Under the pieces are notes generated by a model, which made no database searches, was not told the origin of the DNA, and saw nothing but the letters and a program-made list of their open reading frames with translations. Source: Ignavibacteriota bacterium (lineage in GTDB: Bacteria; Bacteroidota; Ignavibacteria; UBA10030; CAVZMI01). From it: 64,000 bases of DNA. The stretch's first letter is position 1. Each line of letters begins with the position of its first letter. This document shows, in pieces, positions 9,643 through 19,885 of the stretch. The stretch is taken from assembly GCA_963776275.1 (NCBI GenBank), contig CAVZMI010000020.1, positions 128,001-192,000 of the forward strand, given 5' to 3'. The position numbers were made by a program, and so were the translations under genes.

Positions 9643-10695
9643 ATGGACGAAAATCTCATTCAAAGTGTCGATCCATCCGATCAGCGGAAAGCCATCCATG
9701 AATTTTTCCATCAAGTTGAACAAGCGGTCGCAATCGGAAATTCCACGAAAGTGAAAATTCCACGGAAAGGAATCCGCACGATTGTGCTGACAGGCCTTGG
9801 CGGTTCGGCAATCGGCGGCGATTTACTACGGTCATACCTTTCCGGGGAAATTGCAGTCCCTATCATCATCAACCGGTTCTATTCGCTTCCAGAGTTTGTC
9901 GATTCTTCCACACTTGTGATTATCTCGAGCTATTCAGGAAATACCGAGGAGACAATTTCGGCGTACAAAGATGCAATTCGGAAAAAAGCGGCAATTCTCT
10001 GCATCACCACAGGCGGTGTTGTTGCGGCCATGGCCAAGAAATATCGCCATCCCCGGATCTCGATCCCGGCCGGACTTCAACCGCGCGCGGCGCTCGGTTA
10101 CTCTTTCTTTCCTCTTCTTGTGACACTTTCCCGCAACGGATATATCAAGAACAAAGCAAAAGATATCAAGGAAACCATCGCTTTGCTTCATGACCTTGCT
10201 GAAAAATATAGTTCGAATGATACTGCAACAAACGACGCTTTGTCTCTTGCAGAGCACGTACATGGAAAACTCCCCATTATATACTCATCGACGGAGAAAT
10301 TCGACAGTGTAAACCTCCGATGGCGCGGTCAGATTTGTGAGAATGCCAAGCAGCTTGCCTACGGCAATGTGTTCCCGGAATTAAACCATAACGAACTGGT
10401 TGGGTGGAAAGTATTAAGAGATCTCATGAAACAATTCGAACTTGTAGTGTTACGGGATAAAGACGATCACAAACGTGTTGCAGCTCGAATGGATATTACA
10501 CAGCAGCTTCTGCGCGAATATGCTGGAAATGTGACCGAGATTCACTCACAGGGAAAATCACTTCTGGCAAGAATGTTCTCTCTTATTCATTTCGGCGATT
10601 GGGTAAGCTACTGGCTGGCGATACTGAACCATGAAGACCCCGCTCCGGTGAAGGCGATTGATTTTTTGAAGAGTAAGCTGGCAGAATTGAAATAG
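9643..10695 (+). CDS. bifunctional phosphoglucose/phosphomannose isomerase
   Basis: GLGGSAIGG, SYSGNTEET, QPRAA, ENAK and PELNHNE motifs. Confidence 0.92.
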   Translation: MDENLIQSVDPSDQRKAIHEFFHQVEQAVAIGNSTKVKIPRKGIRTIVLTGLGGSAIGGDLLRSYLSGEIAVPIIINRFYSLPEFVDSSTLVIISSYSGNTEETISAYKDAIRKKAAILCITTGGVVAAMAKKYRHPRISIPAGLQPRAALGYSFFPLLVTLSRNGYIKNKAKDIKETIALLHDLAEKYSSNDTATNDALSLAEHVHGKLPIIYSSTEKFDSVNLRWRGQICENAKQLAYGNVFPELNHNELVGWKVLRDLMKQFELVVLRDKDDHKRVAARMDITQQLLREYAGNVTEIHSQGKSLLARMFSLIHFGDWVSYWLAILNHEDPAPVKAIDFLKSKLAELK

Positions 10696-10715
10696 TAGAA
10701 GGCGCAGGTTCTATG

Positions 10716-11002
10716 GGGGTTGTCTAAAAAGTAATTCTTACCGTAACAAAATCTCAGACAGTAAATAATATCAACATGATCTTTTTCATGGTTGTCTCGA
10801 TACATCCCGTCCCGCTTAGGCGGGACGGGATTACTCGACAACCTGGCTATTTCCTTATGTGTTATATAGCCAGGTTACCGAGCGACGCACTGAGCATGTC
10901 GAAGTGTAGTCCTGCCCTGTTTTTTGAGCAGGGCGTATCGAGGTAACCTATGTCGAAAGCATCTGAATAATTGGTAGAAATATTTTCTTTTTGGACAGCC
11001 CC
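10716..11002. mobile_element. 287-bp non-autonomous MITE
   Basis: 16-bp terminal inverted repeats GGGGTTGTCTAAAAAG / CTTTTTGGACAGCCCC (2 mismatches); flanking TATG direct repeats at 10712-10715 and 11003-11006; internal hairpins; no transposase. Confidence 0.75.
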
Positions 11003-11096
11003 TATGATGAACTAAACTCCAATTGACTTAAGTCACCCATATTCAGAATAAATCGGGTAAATATTGGGTTAAAACCCATACAATATCCTTCATTTA

Positions 11097-11156
11097 ATAG
11101 CCACGAACTGACCCCACTGGAAAGCGTGGGGCGTAAAAGCACGAGTTCGTGGCTAT
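11097..11156. repeat. REP-like nested hairpin
   Basis: ATAGCCACGAACT...AGTTCGTGGCTAT stem enclosing CCCCAC...GTGGGG. Confidence 0.6.
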
Positions 11157-11245
11157 ATCCTATATCCGAGAAAAAAATTATTAGTTTCGGGCTGAGTGAG
11201 AGCATTTCTCTATCCCCTTGAACTTTTACACGGTTAACGCTTTCC

Positions 11246-13891
11246 CTATCCGTTCCACCAGTATGTCATTTTTATCATGAAGATATTGTCAGGCACCATG
11301 TGCCAGAGTTTATCGGCAGCTGGTCTGAAGTTGAACTCTCCGATTGATTTATCGTTCGAACGGCTTTGAGTCCATACGAAATAGAGAACAGAGCCGGGCA
11401 TGTACTCCCATCGCAATACGGCGTTTCCCCGAATTGATGTGTAATTGTATTGCGGATTGTCGAAGCTGAAAGTGGATGCCGGTCCGCTTCCATCCGGATC
11501 GACTGTGTAGGTATTATCGTCTTTGGTAATTGTTGATCCGTCCGTTCCATACACAAGCAAATCGTGGGAACGGGGACGCGCAAGTTCCTTGAAGTCGAGA
11601 AAATCTCCGGCCGAGATCAAAGGCTGTAGGAACAGTTGTAGACTGAGCTGCGGTGTGAACGTCCAATCAAGCCGTATGTTTGCGGATAATGTCGTTTGAT
11701 CCATTTTCCCGAAGACGTACCGCTTCCCATACGTCTCAGTTGCATACGGATCGTCGAATACATCAATCCATTGCGTGTTTTCAATGTTCCTGGTGTAATC
11801 GGGTCCGAAACTAAAAGAGATATTTGCCGCGGGATGCCACGTCAATCCGATACCGCCGTTCCAATTCTTTGAATCATCGCCGAGGTATGCATTGAAATAA
11901 GTATTCAAAACAATCTGCTGTTTGCTGTCCGAATTCGCGTAGAGATTCGCCTGGTAACCGCGGTGGTTGAGAGTGAGCGGTCCTCCACGGGTTCTTCGAT
12001 TGTTGATGGTCTCGGGATTATAGGCACCCCATATTTCGATATAATAGTAGTTAAGCATTTGTATCCAAGAATCAAAAAAGATCCCCTTCCACGTAACATT
12101 TCCATCAAAATCAAAATTCTGGAACCCGGCCACGATCCCACCCAGCTGCCGGTAAAACGATCCCGGTTCTGTCCTCCGGTATCCTCCTCCGACATGCATG
12201 TTGATGATATCTGTTCGCGAGAGATAACCGAGATCATTATTATCGAATCTCGGGTTCAAAATCCCGAAACTCGAGTTAAAAATGATATTCCCTTTTTGTT
12301 TGTTCACCAGCAGACGCCCTGCGTAGCCTGTCATCGACGTCGCCGAACTATCTACTTTGTACGATTTCGCATCAGGTCTCTGAAAATAGTGTTGCGAATT
12401 CTCCTGCAGCGAAATCATCTGTTCTGTCGTGCCACGGACGTACGACATTTGTGTCCAGCCGGAGAGAACCCAGGTTTTATCAGAATCGAAAAATGTCCAG
12501 CCGTCGATCCCGACGGTATGAGAGCTGCCGTTCATGTCGGTTTTGAGTCTGTCGTCTCCGAACGAACGGATCGTACTGGTTGTCATAAAACCGATTCCCT
12601 GGTGTGAATCATTGAATTCACTCTGACCGCGTATGATGCCGTAGTAGGTCGGTGGTTCGACTTCGAGACGGTCTGTAATCCCCGCATTTGAAAGCCGGGC
12701 AGATTCGCGTCCGGTCATAGCCTGTATTGTTCCGAAATTCCATGAACCGATAAGTTTCCCCGTGAGTTTTGCAGCGCCTAGAATTCTTGTTCCCGAAGGG
12801 ACATCCATATAGTCTGCGTCGGGAAGACTTCCGTGCGGAGCACGTCCGATCCGTCGTGTGTAGAAAAAGGTCGGGGTGGGATAATTAAAATTCCAAAAGC
12901 TAGTAGCCCCTCCGTACCCGAAATTAAAAATCGTCGCTCCTTCAATGAAGAAGGGCCGCTTTTCCTGAAAGTACGTCTCGACATCGCTCAGGTTGACCAC
13001 TGCAGGATCGACTTCCACCTGTCCGAAATCGGGATTAATAGTACCTGTAAGAGTCAGATTACTACCGAGTCCTAATTTCAAATCCAAACCGACATCCGGC
13101 GAGAGTTTCGATCCGTTGTGGAATGGATCGCCGGAGGGATAGTGAAGGTATTCGGCTCGTGTGGTTACGTACGGCATAATTTCTACTTGATGAGACGGCG
13201 GCAGGTTTTCAATACCGAGGAGATGGACAAATCGCGAAACAAAACCGCTCCCGTTTTTTGGCGTATAGACAATATAATCTTCTTCGTTTTTTCTTCTGTT
13301 ATCCCTTAAAAAATCTATACCCCACACCTGGTGATCGTTGTTGTGGAACCGGAGCTGTGAGAACGGGATACGCATTTCAACACACCACCCGAGCGAATCA
13401 ACTGTCGTTTTTCCTTCCCAGACACCGTCCCAGGAGCCGTCGGTCCAGTCATCATTATAGAGAACACCGTCATAGTATGTCCCGGCGGCGTTGAGTCCGA
13501 AATAGAATCCGGTCTGGTGGTCATTATAACAATCGAATCCCACAAAAAAATCGTCCGAGTTCTGGTCGCCATCGCGCCGTACGAGCCGACCGATAATCGA
13601 ATCGGGCGCATGGTCGTACATACGGGCTCCGACATAAATGGCGTTATCATCATACAGTATCAGGACATTCGTTTTCTCTGTCGGCTGCGCTCCCTCGGTC
13701 GGGTTCCTCTGGAGAAAATCCGAGGTTACCGGAGCTCTCTGCCATGCACTCTCGGAAAGGATCCCATCGATAACGATCGATTCATGAGTGCGAACAGCAC
13801 GGATGTCAGGACGAGGGGTGCTCGTCGAATCGGTCTCCGCTGCATAGCCGATGGCGGTGAATAGAATAAACAGAACGATAAAGGCTTTCAT
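11246..13891 (-). CDS. CBM9-like/DUF5916 outer-membrane protein
   Basis: signal peptide; IDGILSESAW, EMRIPFSQLRF, NPDFGQVEVD, EKRPFFIEG and YTRRIG motifs; aromatic barrel-like C-terminus. Confidence 0.85.
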   Translation of the reverse strand: MKAFIVLFILFTAIGYAAETDSTSTPRPDIRAVRTHESIVIDGILSESAWQRAPVTSDFLQRNPTEGAQPTEKTNVLILYDDNAIYVGARMYDHAPDSIIGRLVRRDGDQNSDDFFVGFDCYNDHQTGFYFGLNAAGTYYDGVLYNDDWTDGSWDGVWEGKTTVDSLGWCVEMRIPFSQLRFHNNDHQVWGIDFLRDNRRKNEEDYIVYTPKNGSGFVSRFVHLLGIENLPPSHQVEIMPYVTTRAEYLHYPSGDPFHNGSKLSPDVGLDLKLGLGSNLTLTGTINPDFGQVEVDPAVVNLSDVETYFQEKRPFFIEGATIFNFGYGGATSFWNFNYPTPTFFYTRRIGRAPHGSLPDADYMDVPSGTRILGAAKLTGKLIGSWNFGTIQAMTGRESARLSNAGITDRLEVEPPTYYGIIRGQSEFNDSHQGIGFMTTSTIRSFGDDRLKTDMNGSSHTVGIDGWTFFDSDKTWVLSGWTQMSYVRGTTEQMISLQENSQHYFQRPDAKSYKVDSSATSMTGYAGRLLVNKQKGNIIFNSSFGILNPRFDNNDLGYLSRTDIINMHVGGGYRRTEPGSFYRQLGGIVAGFQNFDFDGNVTWKGIFFDSWIQMLNYYYIEIWGAYNPETINNRRTRGGPLTLNHRGYQANLYANSDSKQQIVLNTYFNAYLGDDSKNWNGGIGLTWHPAANISFSFGPDYTRNIENTQWIDVFDDPYATETYGKRYVFGKMDQTTLSANIRLDWTFTPQLSLQLFLQPLISAGDFLDFKELARPRSHDLLVYGTDGSTITKDDNTYTVDPDGSGPASTFSFDNPQYNYTSIRGNAVLRWEYMPGSVLYFVWTQSRSNDKSIGEFNFRPAADKLWHMVPDNIFMIKMTYWWNG

Positions 13892-13947
13892 TCGAAATCC
13901 CGGGGGTGGAGAGATTAATCTTGAATTGCTTTTACTAATTAAAAAGT

Positions 13948-14010
13948 AACCCTTCGGCTCTCCGCCTACGCTCCACCAGTGCGGAGCTTCGGCGGATCGC
14001 TCAGGGCAAG
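13948..14010. repeat. nested REP-like palindromes
   Basis: CCCTTCGGCTC...GCTCAGGG interrupted by TCCGCCTACGCTCC...GGAGCTTCGGCGGA. Confidence 0.6.
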
Positions 14011-14109
14011 AAAGGAAAAATTATAAAAGATTAGACGATTTAAAATTGATTGTTATACCACTTTATAATTTTTAATTTTTCCTTTTTACTTAACAACCGC
14101 CTTTGAATA

Positions 14110-15255
14110 TTACTTCTTGACTCCCCTGATTTCTATATCTGAGTTTACGGTCTTTAAATCGATTTGTTGCCCCCCGCCATTAAGAATATACGAACCCCGA
14201 ATTTCATGCTCCTTTTCACTCTTTTCCTCGGATGACGCCTTAAAATCGGACCGGATCGAATAGTCGTTCATCCTCGACTTCCACCGTCCTTCAACACGAA
14301 TACGTGCATCGATTGTTGCCTTTGCATCCTCGGGAATTGAAAGCACCACTCTCCCGCCGGCAGTCGATAGTGTACTGCGATCGTTTCCTTCGGGAATCAG
14401 GTCGACTTCGACATCCCCACCCGCTGTTCTTGCATCCGCGGAACCGGTAATATTATGCAATCTGATATTCCCACCGGCTGTTTTCGCGGTCACAGATAAA
14501 CCTCCCTCAAGAAGCTCGATATCTCCCCCGGCAGTCTTCATCGTAAGCTTGCCGCTGCTCTTCTGTCCTTTAATGCTACCTCCGGCGGTATGAACATCGA
14601 CTGTTCCCCGTACTTCACCAAAAGTAATGTTGCCCCCGGCAGTCGATGCCTTCAAATTCTTACCGACACCATTCACACGAATTGACCCTCCGGCAGTCCG
14701 CAGTGTAGCCTCACCATTGACCCACCCGGTCTCAATATTCCCACCCGAAGTTTTGAGAACAAGATCACCCATGATATCTTTGGTATTAATATCGCCCCCG
14801 GCAGTCTCCATTTCAACGTCGCCGGTCACACTCTCAAGCCGTATGTCTCCACCCGATGTGTGCCCTTTGATTTTTCCTGTCATATTTCCGGCAATAACTA
14901 GATCTCCTCCTGAAGTCTCGATATCGATATCAAATTGTGACGGTACATTGATACGGAAACGGGCGTCGGATGAATGATCGTAAGACCGGAATTGAACATC
15001 GATTTTATTTCCCGACTGGCTCATGCTCAACCCTTCGGCTTCCTCGTCGTCAAGGTTTTCGGCCTGCACATAGACTTCATTTTTCTCCCATGGTTCGATA
15101 CGAATTGAGCCGACATCAGTCGATACGTTCAGTATTCCGCCTTTCTCAACAGTAAATGACTGCGATTTCTTATCGGGTTGGGCGGCAGCAAACAGGAACG
15201 ATGCTGCCAACCCCCATATAAATATTATATGGAATATTGCAGAATGTTTTTTCAT
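14110..15255 (-). CDS. DUF4097 family beta-strand repeat protein
   Basis: signal peptide; repeated T(S/A)GGxI units. Confidence 0.85.
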   Translation of the reverse strand: MKKHSAIFHIIFIWGLAASFLFAAAQPDKKSQSFTVEKGGILNVSTDVGSIRIEPWEKNEVYVQAENLDDEEAEGLSMSQSGNKIDVQFRSYDHSSDARFRINVPSQFDIDIETSGGDLVIAGNMTGKIKGHTSGGDIRLESVTGDVEMETAGGDINTKDIMGDLVLKTSGGNIETGWVNGEATLRTAGGSIRVNGVGKNLKASTAGGNITFGEVRGTVDVHTAGGSIKGQKSSGKLTMKTAGGDIELLEGGLSVTAKTAGGNIRLHNITGSADARTAGGDVEVDLIPEGNDRSTLSTAGGRVVLSIPEDAKATIDARIRVEGRWKSRMNDYSIRSDFKASSEEKSEKEHEIRGSYILNGGGQQIDLKTVNSDIEIRGVKK

Positions 15256-16280
15256 TGTTGTACTCCTTCCAGGAAAGTTGTTGCACGTGCACGTATATAT
15301 ATATTTTCATCGGATTGCATTTTCTTCTGGAGCACCGAAATAACGTCGGAATCGAGCCGGAGTCCCTCGGCCTGTACTCTTGTCAATGCGTTAATGACTC
15401 CGATACGCATACCTGAATTTTTATCTTTCATGAGTACTGTAAGATATGCGTGTTTTACCTGTTCGTCATACGGAAATTTTTGTAACGCTGCTAGGGCTTC
15501 TTTTCGGACTCCGGGATTTTCATCGGTCTCCAGAGCCGTGATTAATGCGCCTCTGATATCTACATCATGTGTGACGGTGGCTGTCGTTTGTGCCGCGAGT
15601 ATATTAGCCGTTTGAAGCCGGGTGCCGGGATTTTGACTGCTCATTAAAGCATAGGCAAGAATTCTCTGTACACGCTGATCGTTGATATTTCCTTTCACAT
15701 GAATCGGCGTGAGGGCATCGAAACTCAGATCGATGAAGCCTTCATTACTCGCCATATCGGAAAATCTCACATTGGTGATCCGCGATCCCGACTGCATCGA
15801 GGAAGCCTTTTCAAACATAATCTCTGTCATGGATCGTTCTGTTGGAACTGGAGGGACAAAAAGAGTGTACCCGAGCACCACACCGATGACAAATACAGCA
15901 ACTCCTCCGAAAACAATACCGACAGGACGGCGAAGCAGTCCTTTAGGGCGGCGAAGCAGTCCTTTAGGGCGGCGAAGCAGTCCTTTAGGGCGGCGGACAA
16001 GACGTGCAATTCCTTCGGTAACCATGCTCACAATAGATTGTTTTGATCGTTCCTCCATTAATGCTGTCCGGAATTGCCGGCGGGCATCCTGCAGCAGTTG
16101 ATTATCGACATCCACTGTCTTTCGCTGAGAAAGGATCTGATTGAAAGCTTTGAGATGCCCGAGCTCTGCCCGGCATCCAGCGCACTCTTTGAGATGCTCG
16201 TCAAGAGTCTCTTGCTGCAGCGGATCCAATTCGCCGTAGAGCGAGAGCAGCAGCCATTCCCGATAGTGATCGTGATTCAT
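15252..16280 (-). CDS. zf-HC2 anti-sigma factor with TM helix and HEAT repeats
   Basis: HLKECAGC motif, single TM helix, C-terminal DxNxGxR HEAT-like repeats; directly downstream of the ECF sigma. Confidence 0.85.
   Translation of the reverse strand: MNHDHYREWLLLSLYGELDPLQQETLDEHLKECAGCRAELGHLKAFNQILSQRKTVDVDNQLLQDARRQFRTALMEERSKQSIVSMVTEGIARLVRRPKGLLRRPKGLLRRPKGLLRRPVGIVFGGVAVFVIGVVLGYTLFVPPVPTERSMTEIMFEKASSMQSGSRITNVRFSDMASNEGFIDLSFDALTPIHVKGNINDQRVQRILAYALMSSQNPGTRLQTANILAAQTTATVTHDVDIRGALITALETDENPGVRKEALAALQKFPYDEQVKHAYLTVLMKDKNSGMRIGVINALTRVQAEGLRLDSDVISVLQKKMQSDENIYIRARATTFLEGVQQ
15928..15995. repeat. 21-bp in-frame tandem repeat (about 3.2 copies)
   Basis: CGGCGAAGCAGTCCTTTAGGG x3, encoding (RRPKGLL)x3. 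Confidence 0.95.
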
Positions 16281-16283
16281 AAT

Positions 16284-16868
16284 CTATATCCTTTCTTCAT
16301 TCAATTCTCTCAATAACTCACGCATTCGACGCGTAGCAATAAAAAGATATTTCTTCACAGCCCCCTCAGAACAATCGAGCATTGATGCGATCTCTTTAAG
16401 GCGATAATTCTGATAATGCCTGAGTGTAAATACCATCCGTTGTTTTGGCGAAAGCTTTTGCAGAGCGTTTTCGACATATACAGCAACTTCTTTATTTAAA
16501 ACCGTTTCATCCGCGGTTGAATCATCCGTAATATTATCTGTTTCTGTGTGAGTCTGTTCCTCTCCATCGCTTTCAGCATCGAGCGACCTGTGAAGATGCC
16601 GGCGTCGGCGCTGCCGGTATGTCATACATACATTGGTGACAATCCGGAATAACCACGTGGCAAAACTACTTTGAAACTTGAACCGTGGAAGCCCCCGATA
16701 TACACGAAGGAAGACTTCTTGATATATATCCTTCGCGTCCTCGGCGTTATTCACATAATGCGCAGCCAGCGAGATCACCTGCTTGTCGTAGCAATAGACA
16801 AGCTGCTGAAAAGCTGTCATATCGCCCTGCTGAGCACTGCGTATTATCTCGATTTCATCTGTTGCCAT
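16284..16868 (-). CDS. ECF-type RNA polymerase sigma factor
   Basis: DAKDIYQEVF, SFATWLFRI and region 4 HTH (LKEIASMLDCSEGAVK). Confidence 0.92.
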   Translation of the reverse strand: MATDEIEIIRSAQQGDMTAFQQLVYCYDKQVISLAAHYVNNAEDAKDIYQEVFLRVYRGLPRFKFQSSFATWLFRIVTNVCMTYRQRRRRHLHRSLDAESDGEEQTHTETDNITDDSTADETVLNKEVAVYVENALQKLSPKQRMVFTLRHYQNYRLKEIASMLDCSEGAVKKYLFIATRRMRELLRELNEERI

Positions 16869-17094
16869 ATCGCCTCTATGCGGAATTAGACTCGGTATTC
16901 AAAAAAAGGTTGTCGGTGGCGGTGCTGGAACCGCTCTAAGAATTCACTTCCTCAAATAATAACTAATAAATAAGGGCGGTTTAAATAAATATACTACTCT
17001 ATTGCATTAAAGACATCGATGCGGCGTACTGTTGAATGTAAATCTGGAGGAATAACGGGATTTCAGGTTGGGAAGTTGAAGGTTTAAGGTTATA

Positions 17095-18339
17095 TCAACT
17101 TACATCGAGTCCAATCAGAATTTCAATATCGTCTGTACCTGGAAACATATCGAGAGGAACGGCCTTAGAAGGATAATAGCCCGATTTTTTCCACCGGGAA
17201 AGCTCCTGAGGGATGCGATCGACATCGCAAAAAATATGTACTACCCTTTCCGGCCGGCGTGCGGCGATCGTCTCTATAACTCCCTCCGATGTACCGCCGC
17301 GGGGCGGATCGAGAATAACCGAAAACTGCTGCGGAGCTTTTTGTAAGAGCACCTCCATCGATTCCTGCGTAATATCACGGCGCAAAAATCGGACGTGCTG
17401 CTCGTGCTGCCGGATGGCGTTAGATTTTGCCGCTTCAACCGAAGCACCCGTTATTTCAACTCCGGTCGCCGATGCGACTTTCCCGGCGAAGGAAAGCGCG
17501 AAAAGTCCGTAACCGCAATACAAATCATAAAGATGCATCTCACGGTGAGGCGAGATCAGAGTCTCAACGCGCCTGACCATCTCTTCGACCATCGATTGAT
17601 TGATCTGGGAGAACGATAAGGGCGAATACAGAAAGCTTTTCCCGAGGATCTTCTGATATATTTCTTTCTTCCCGTACACGCGCCGGAACGAATGCTCCTC
17701 TCCTTCGCCGGACGAAAGATAATACCGCGATCGCTTCTCATCGTGATAGAGAAAAATACCTGTAACCTCTTTCACTGCCGCCGTCAGGGCTTTCGACAAT
17801 GCATTAATTTTTTTCAGAACGGCGGGTTCGATCGCTTTGACATTCAGAATAACCGTCAGCTCGGCATAGCTCCCTTTGATGATGACATAATTCAATGCAT
17901 CTGCAAGACGCCGCTCTTTTGCCGTATCGAGAAATTTCTGCACACACGCATACACTCGCGCGTGCGCCTCCGGTTCGATCATACATTGCACGACATCGAT
18001 GGCGCCTGCATGCCCGCCGCCTCTTTGTGAAATGCCGATTAGGCCGAGCCGCGCTTTCCCACGGGATGGAAATACCCTTCGTTTCGTGACAGTACGATAG
18101 AATCGCCCGAGTGACGAAGGAATAATGGAATCGATCGAGATGGGTAGTTTATTCCTTCTCCAGAATTTTTTCAGTACGTCGTTTTTTATACGGAGTTCAT
18201 CGTCATAATTTAGCATCACCGCATGACAGAGCGAACATCGTTTTCCGTAAGGAGTCTGGCATTCACCGTCACGAAGCGCTCGTTGAGGGATGTGCGCTGC
18301 TTGGATGGCTCGCGTGTAACATTCTTCAAAATGGATCAT
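17095..18339 (-). CDS. class I SAM-dependent RNA m5U methyltransferase (RlmD/TrmA-like, no TRAM domain)
   Basis: SFSQIN, DLYCGYG, LDPPRGG and DMFP..E motifs. Confidence 0.8.
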   Translation of the reverse strand: MIHFEECYTRAIQAAHIPQRALRDGECQTPYGKRCSLCHAVMLNYDDELRIKNDVLKKFWRRNKLPISIDSIIPSSLGRFYRTVTKRRVFPSRGKARLGLIGISQRGGGHAGAIDVVQCMIEPEAHARVYACVQKFLDTAKERRLADALNYVIIKGSYAELTVILNVKAIEPAVLKKINALSKALTAAVKEVTGIFLYHDEKRSRYYLSSGEGEEHSFRRVYGKKEIYQKILGKSFLYSPLSFSQINQSMVEEMVRRVETLISPHREMHLYDLYCGYGLFALSFAGKVASATGVEITGASVEAAKSNAIRQHEQHVRFLRRDITQESMEVLLQKAPQQFSVILDPPRGGTSEGVIETIAARRPERVVHIFCDVDRIPQELSRWKKSGYYPSKAVPLDMFPGTDDIEILIGLDVS

Positions 18340-18369
18340 ATCATGATGCGGAAGAGTAAAAAAAGGAAA

Positions 18370-18798
18370 CTACACACGACCTTTCTTGACGTATTCAACG
18401 GAACATACCGTATGAACGCCGCCGCGAACTTTATAGTCGGCCGTAACCTGCATCTGTTTGGGCTTGCAGCATGCGACAAGATCTTCCAGGATTTTATTGA
18501 CGACATGCTCCTGATAAATACCGACATTCCGGTACGAGAGAAGATAATATTTGAACGAACGTAATTCGATGATTTTTTTATCGGGTACATAATCGACTTT
18601 GATCGTCGCGAAATCGGGAAGTCCCGACCATGGACAAACAGCCGTGAATTCGTCTGTTTCAATGTGAATCTTTTGATCCCGTGTGGGATATTCGTATGGA
18701 AATGTGTCGAGTACTGAAGCATCGATTGTCTCGACGCTCTGTACATCGTATCGCCGGTCGAGGGGCTGGAATTTTGCTTTTTGAGATTTCTTTTTCAT
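18370..18798 (-). CDS. queF: preQ1 synthase (7-cyano-7-deazaguanine reductase)
   Basis: EFTAVCPWSGLPDFA, ELRSFKYYL and RGG motifs. Confidence 0.93.
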   Translation of the reverse strand: MKKKSQKAKFQPLDRRYDVQSVETIDASVLDTFPYEYPTRDQKIHIETDEFTAVCPWSGLPDFATIKVDYVPDKKIIELRSFKYYLLSYRNVGIYQEHVVNKILEDLVACCKPKQMQVTADYKVRGGVHTVCSVEYVKKGRV

Positions 18799-18828
18799 AA
18801 GATAAAAGTATCAAAGAGATAGCAATCT

Positions 18829-18885
18829 AAACTCTGTGTCCTCTGCGCGAGAATGCTATTTTGAAGTTCCTCCGTGGACTCTGTG
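18829..18885. repeat. REP-like CTCTGTGTCCTC family remnant
   Basis: aactctgtgtcctctgcg...ctccgtggactctgtg. Confidence 0.45.
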
Positions 18886-19062
18886 TTTTTCTTTTTATCA
18901 ACGATTTCTTTTTGGTAAAATCAAATATAGCTAAATCGTCCACCAAATGCTATGAACCTCGAAGGAAGACAGATCATAAAATTAATAATAAGTTGATATT
19001 CTTCGGGAGATTTGCTATATCACATAGGCACGATATTTTACATAAACACTCGAAGTGAACTC

Positions 19063-19803
19063 ATGAAGTGGTACGAAGACGATCGGTTTTGGGAAGTAAT
19101 GGGCCCGAAAATGTTCACACCGGAACAATGGCAGAAGGCTGCTTCTAATGTGGACGACATTGAAAAACTTCTGCACATCGAGAAAGAAATGGCAATCCTC
19201 GATCTCTGCTGCGGCCCGGGCCGTCACTCGCTTGAATTTTTGCGCCGGGGATACAGGGTCACAAGCGTCGACCGAACTGCCGGATATCTTGACGAGCTGA
19301 AATCGCGGGCAGATTCAGAACACTTGCCGGCTGAAATCATCCGGGAAGATATGCGCACTTTTATCCGTCCGTCGTCGTTTGATGTCGCATTAAGTCTTTT
19401 TACTTCATTCGGATACTTTGATGATCAGGAAAATTTGCAGGTTCTCCAGAACATACATACTTCACTGAAAATTGGCGGACAGATTATTATCGAAATGATG
19501 GGGAAAGAAATCATTGCCCATATTTACCAGAAACACGACTGGAACGAAGAAAACGGCATTCTCTTCCTGGAAGAACGCATTGTGCATGACTCATGGAACC
19601 GGATGACCAATCGATGGATTAAAATCGACGGTTCCAAACGATCGGAGTATACTTTTTCTATCAGGTTGTATTCGGGAAGAGAACTGATTGAGATGGTACA
19701 ATTGGTGGGTTTTGGCGATGTCAGAATCTACGGAAGCCTCGGCGGTACACCCTACGATCAGAATGCAGAACGGCTTGTGCTTACAGCCGTCAAAAGAACA
19801 TAA
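19063..19803 (+). CDS. class I SAM-dependent methyltransferase
   Basis: LDLCCGPGRH, DMR and FTSFGYF motifs. Confidence 0.9.
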   Translation: MKWYEDDRFWEVMGPKMFTPEQWQKAASNVDDIEKLLHIEKEMAILDLCCGPGRHSLEFLRRGYRVTSVDRTAGYLDELKSRADSEHLPAEIIREDMRTFIRPSSFDVALSLFTSFGYFDDQENLQVLQNIHTSLKIGGQIIIEMMGKEIIAHIYQKHDWNEENGILFLEERIVHDSWNRMTNRWIKIDGSKRSEYTFSIRLYSGRELIEMVQLVGFGDVRIYGSLGGTPYDQNAERLVLTAVKRT

Positions 19804-19885
19804 ATTGAAATTCAAAAGAACATTGATAACTATCGTTAATGATTTAATAATGTTCATACAATGATTATGATCAAGGAGAATTTCC

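Noticed and set aside
15928-15995. possible mini-CRISPR
   Set aside because: Head-to-tail repeats with no spacers, inside a CDS.
18336-18746. 136-aa alternative-frame ORF over queF
   Set aside because: The queF frame carries all the catalytic motifs; this frame has none.
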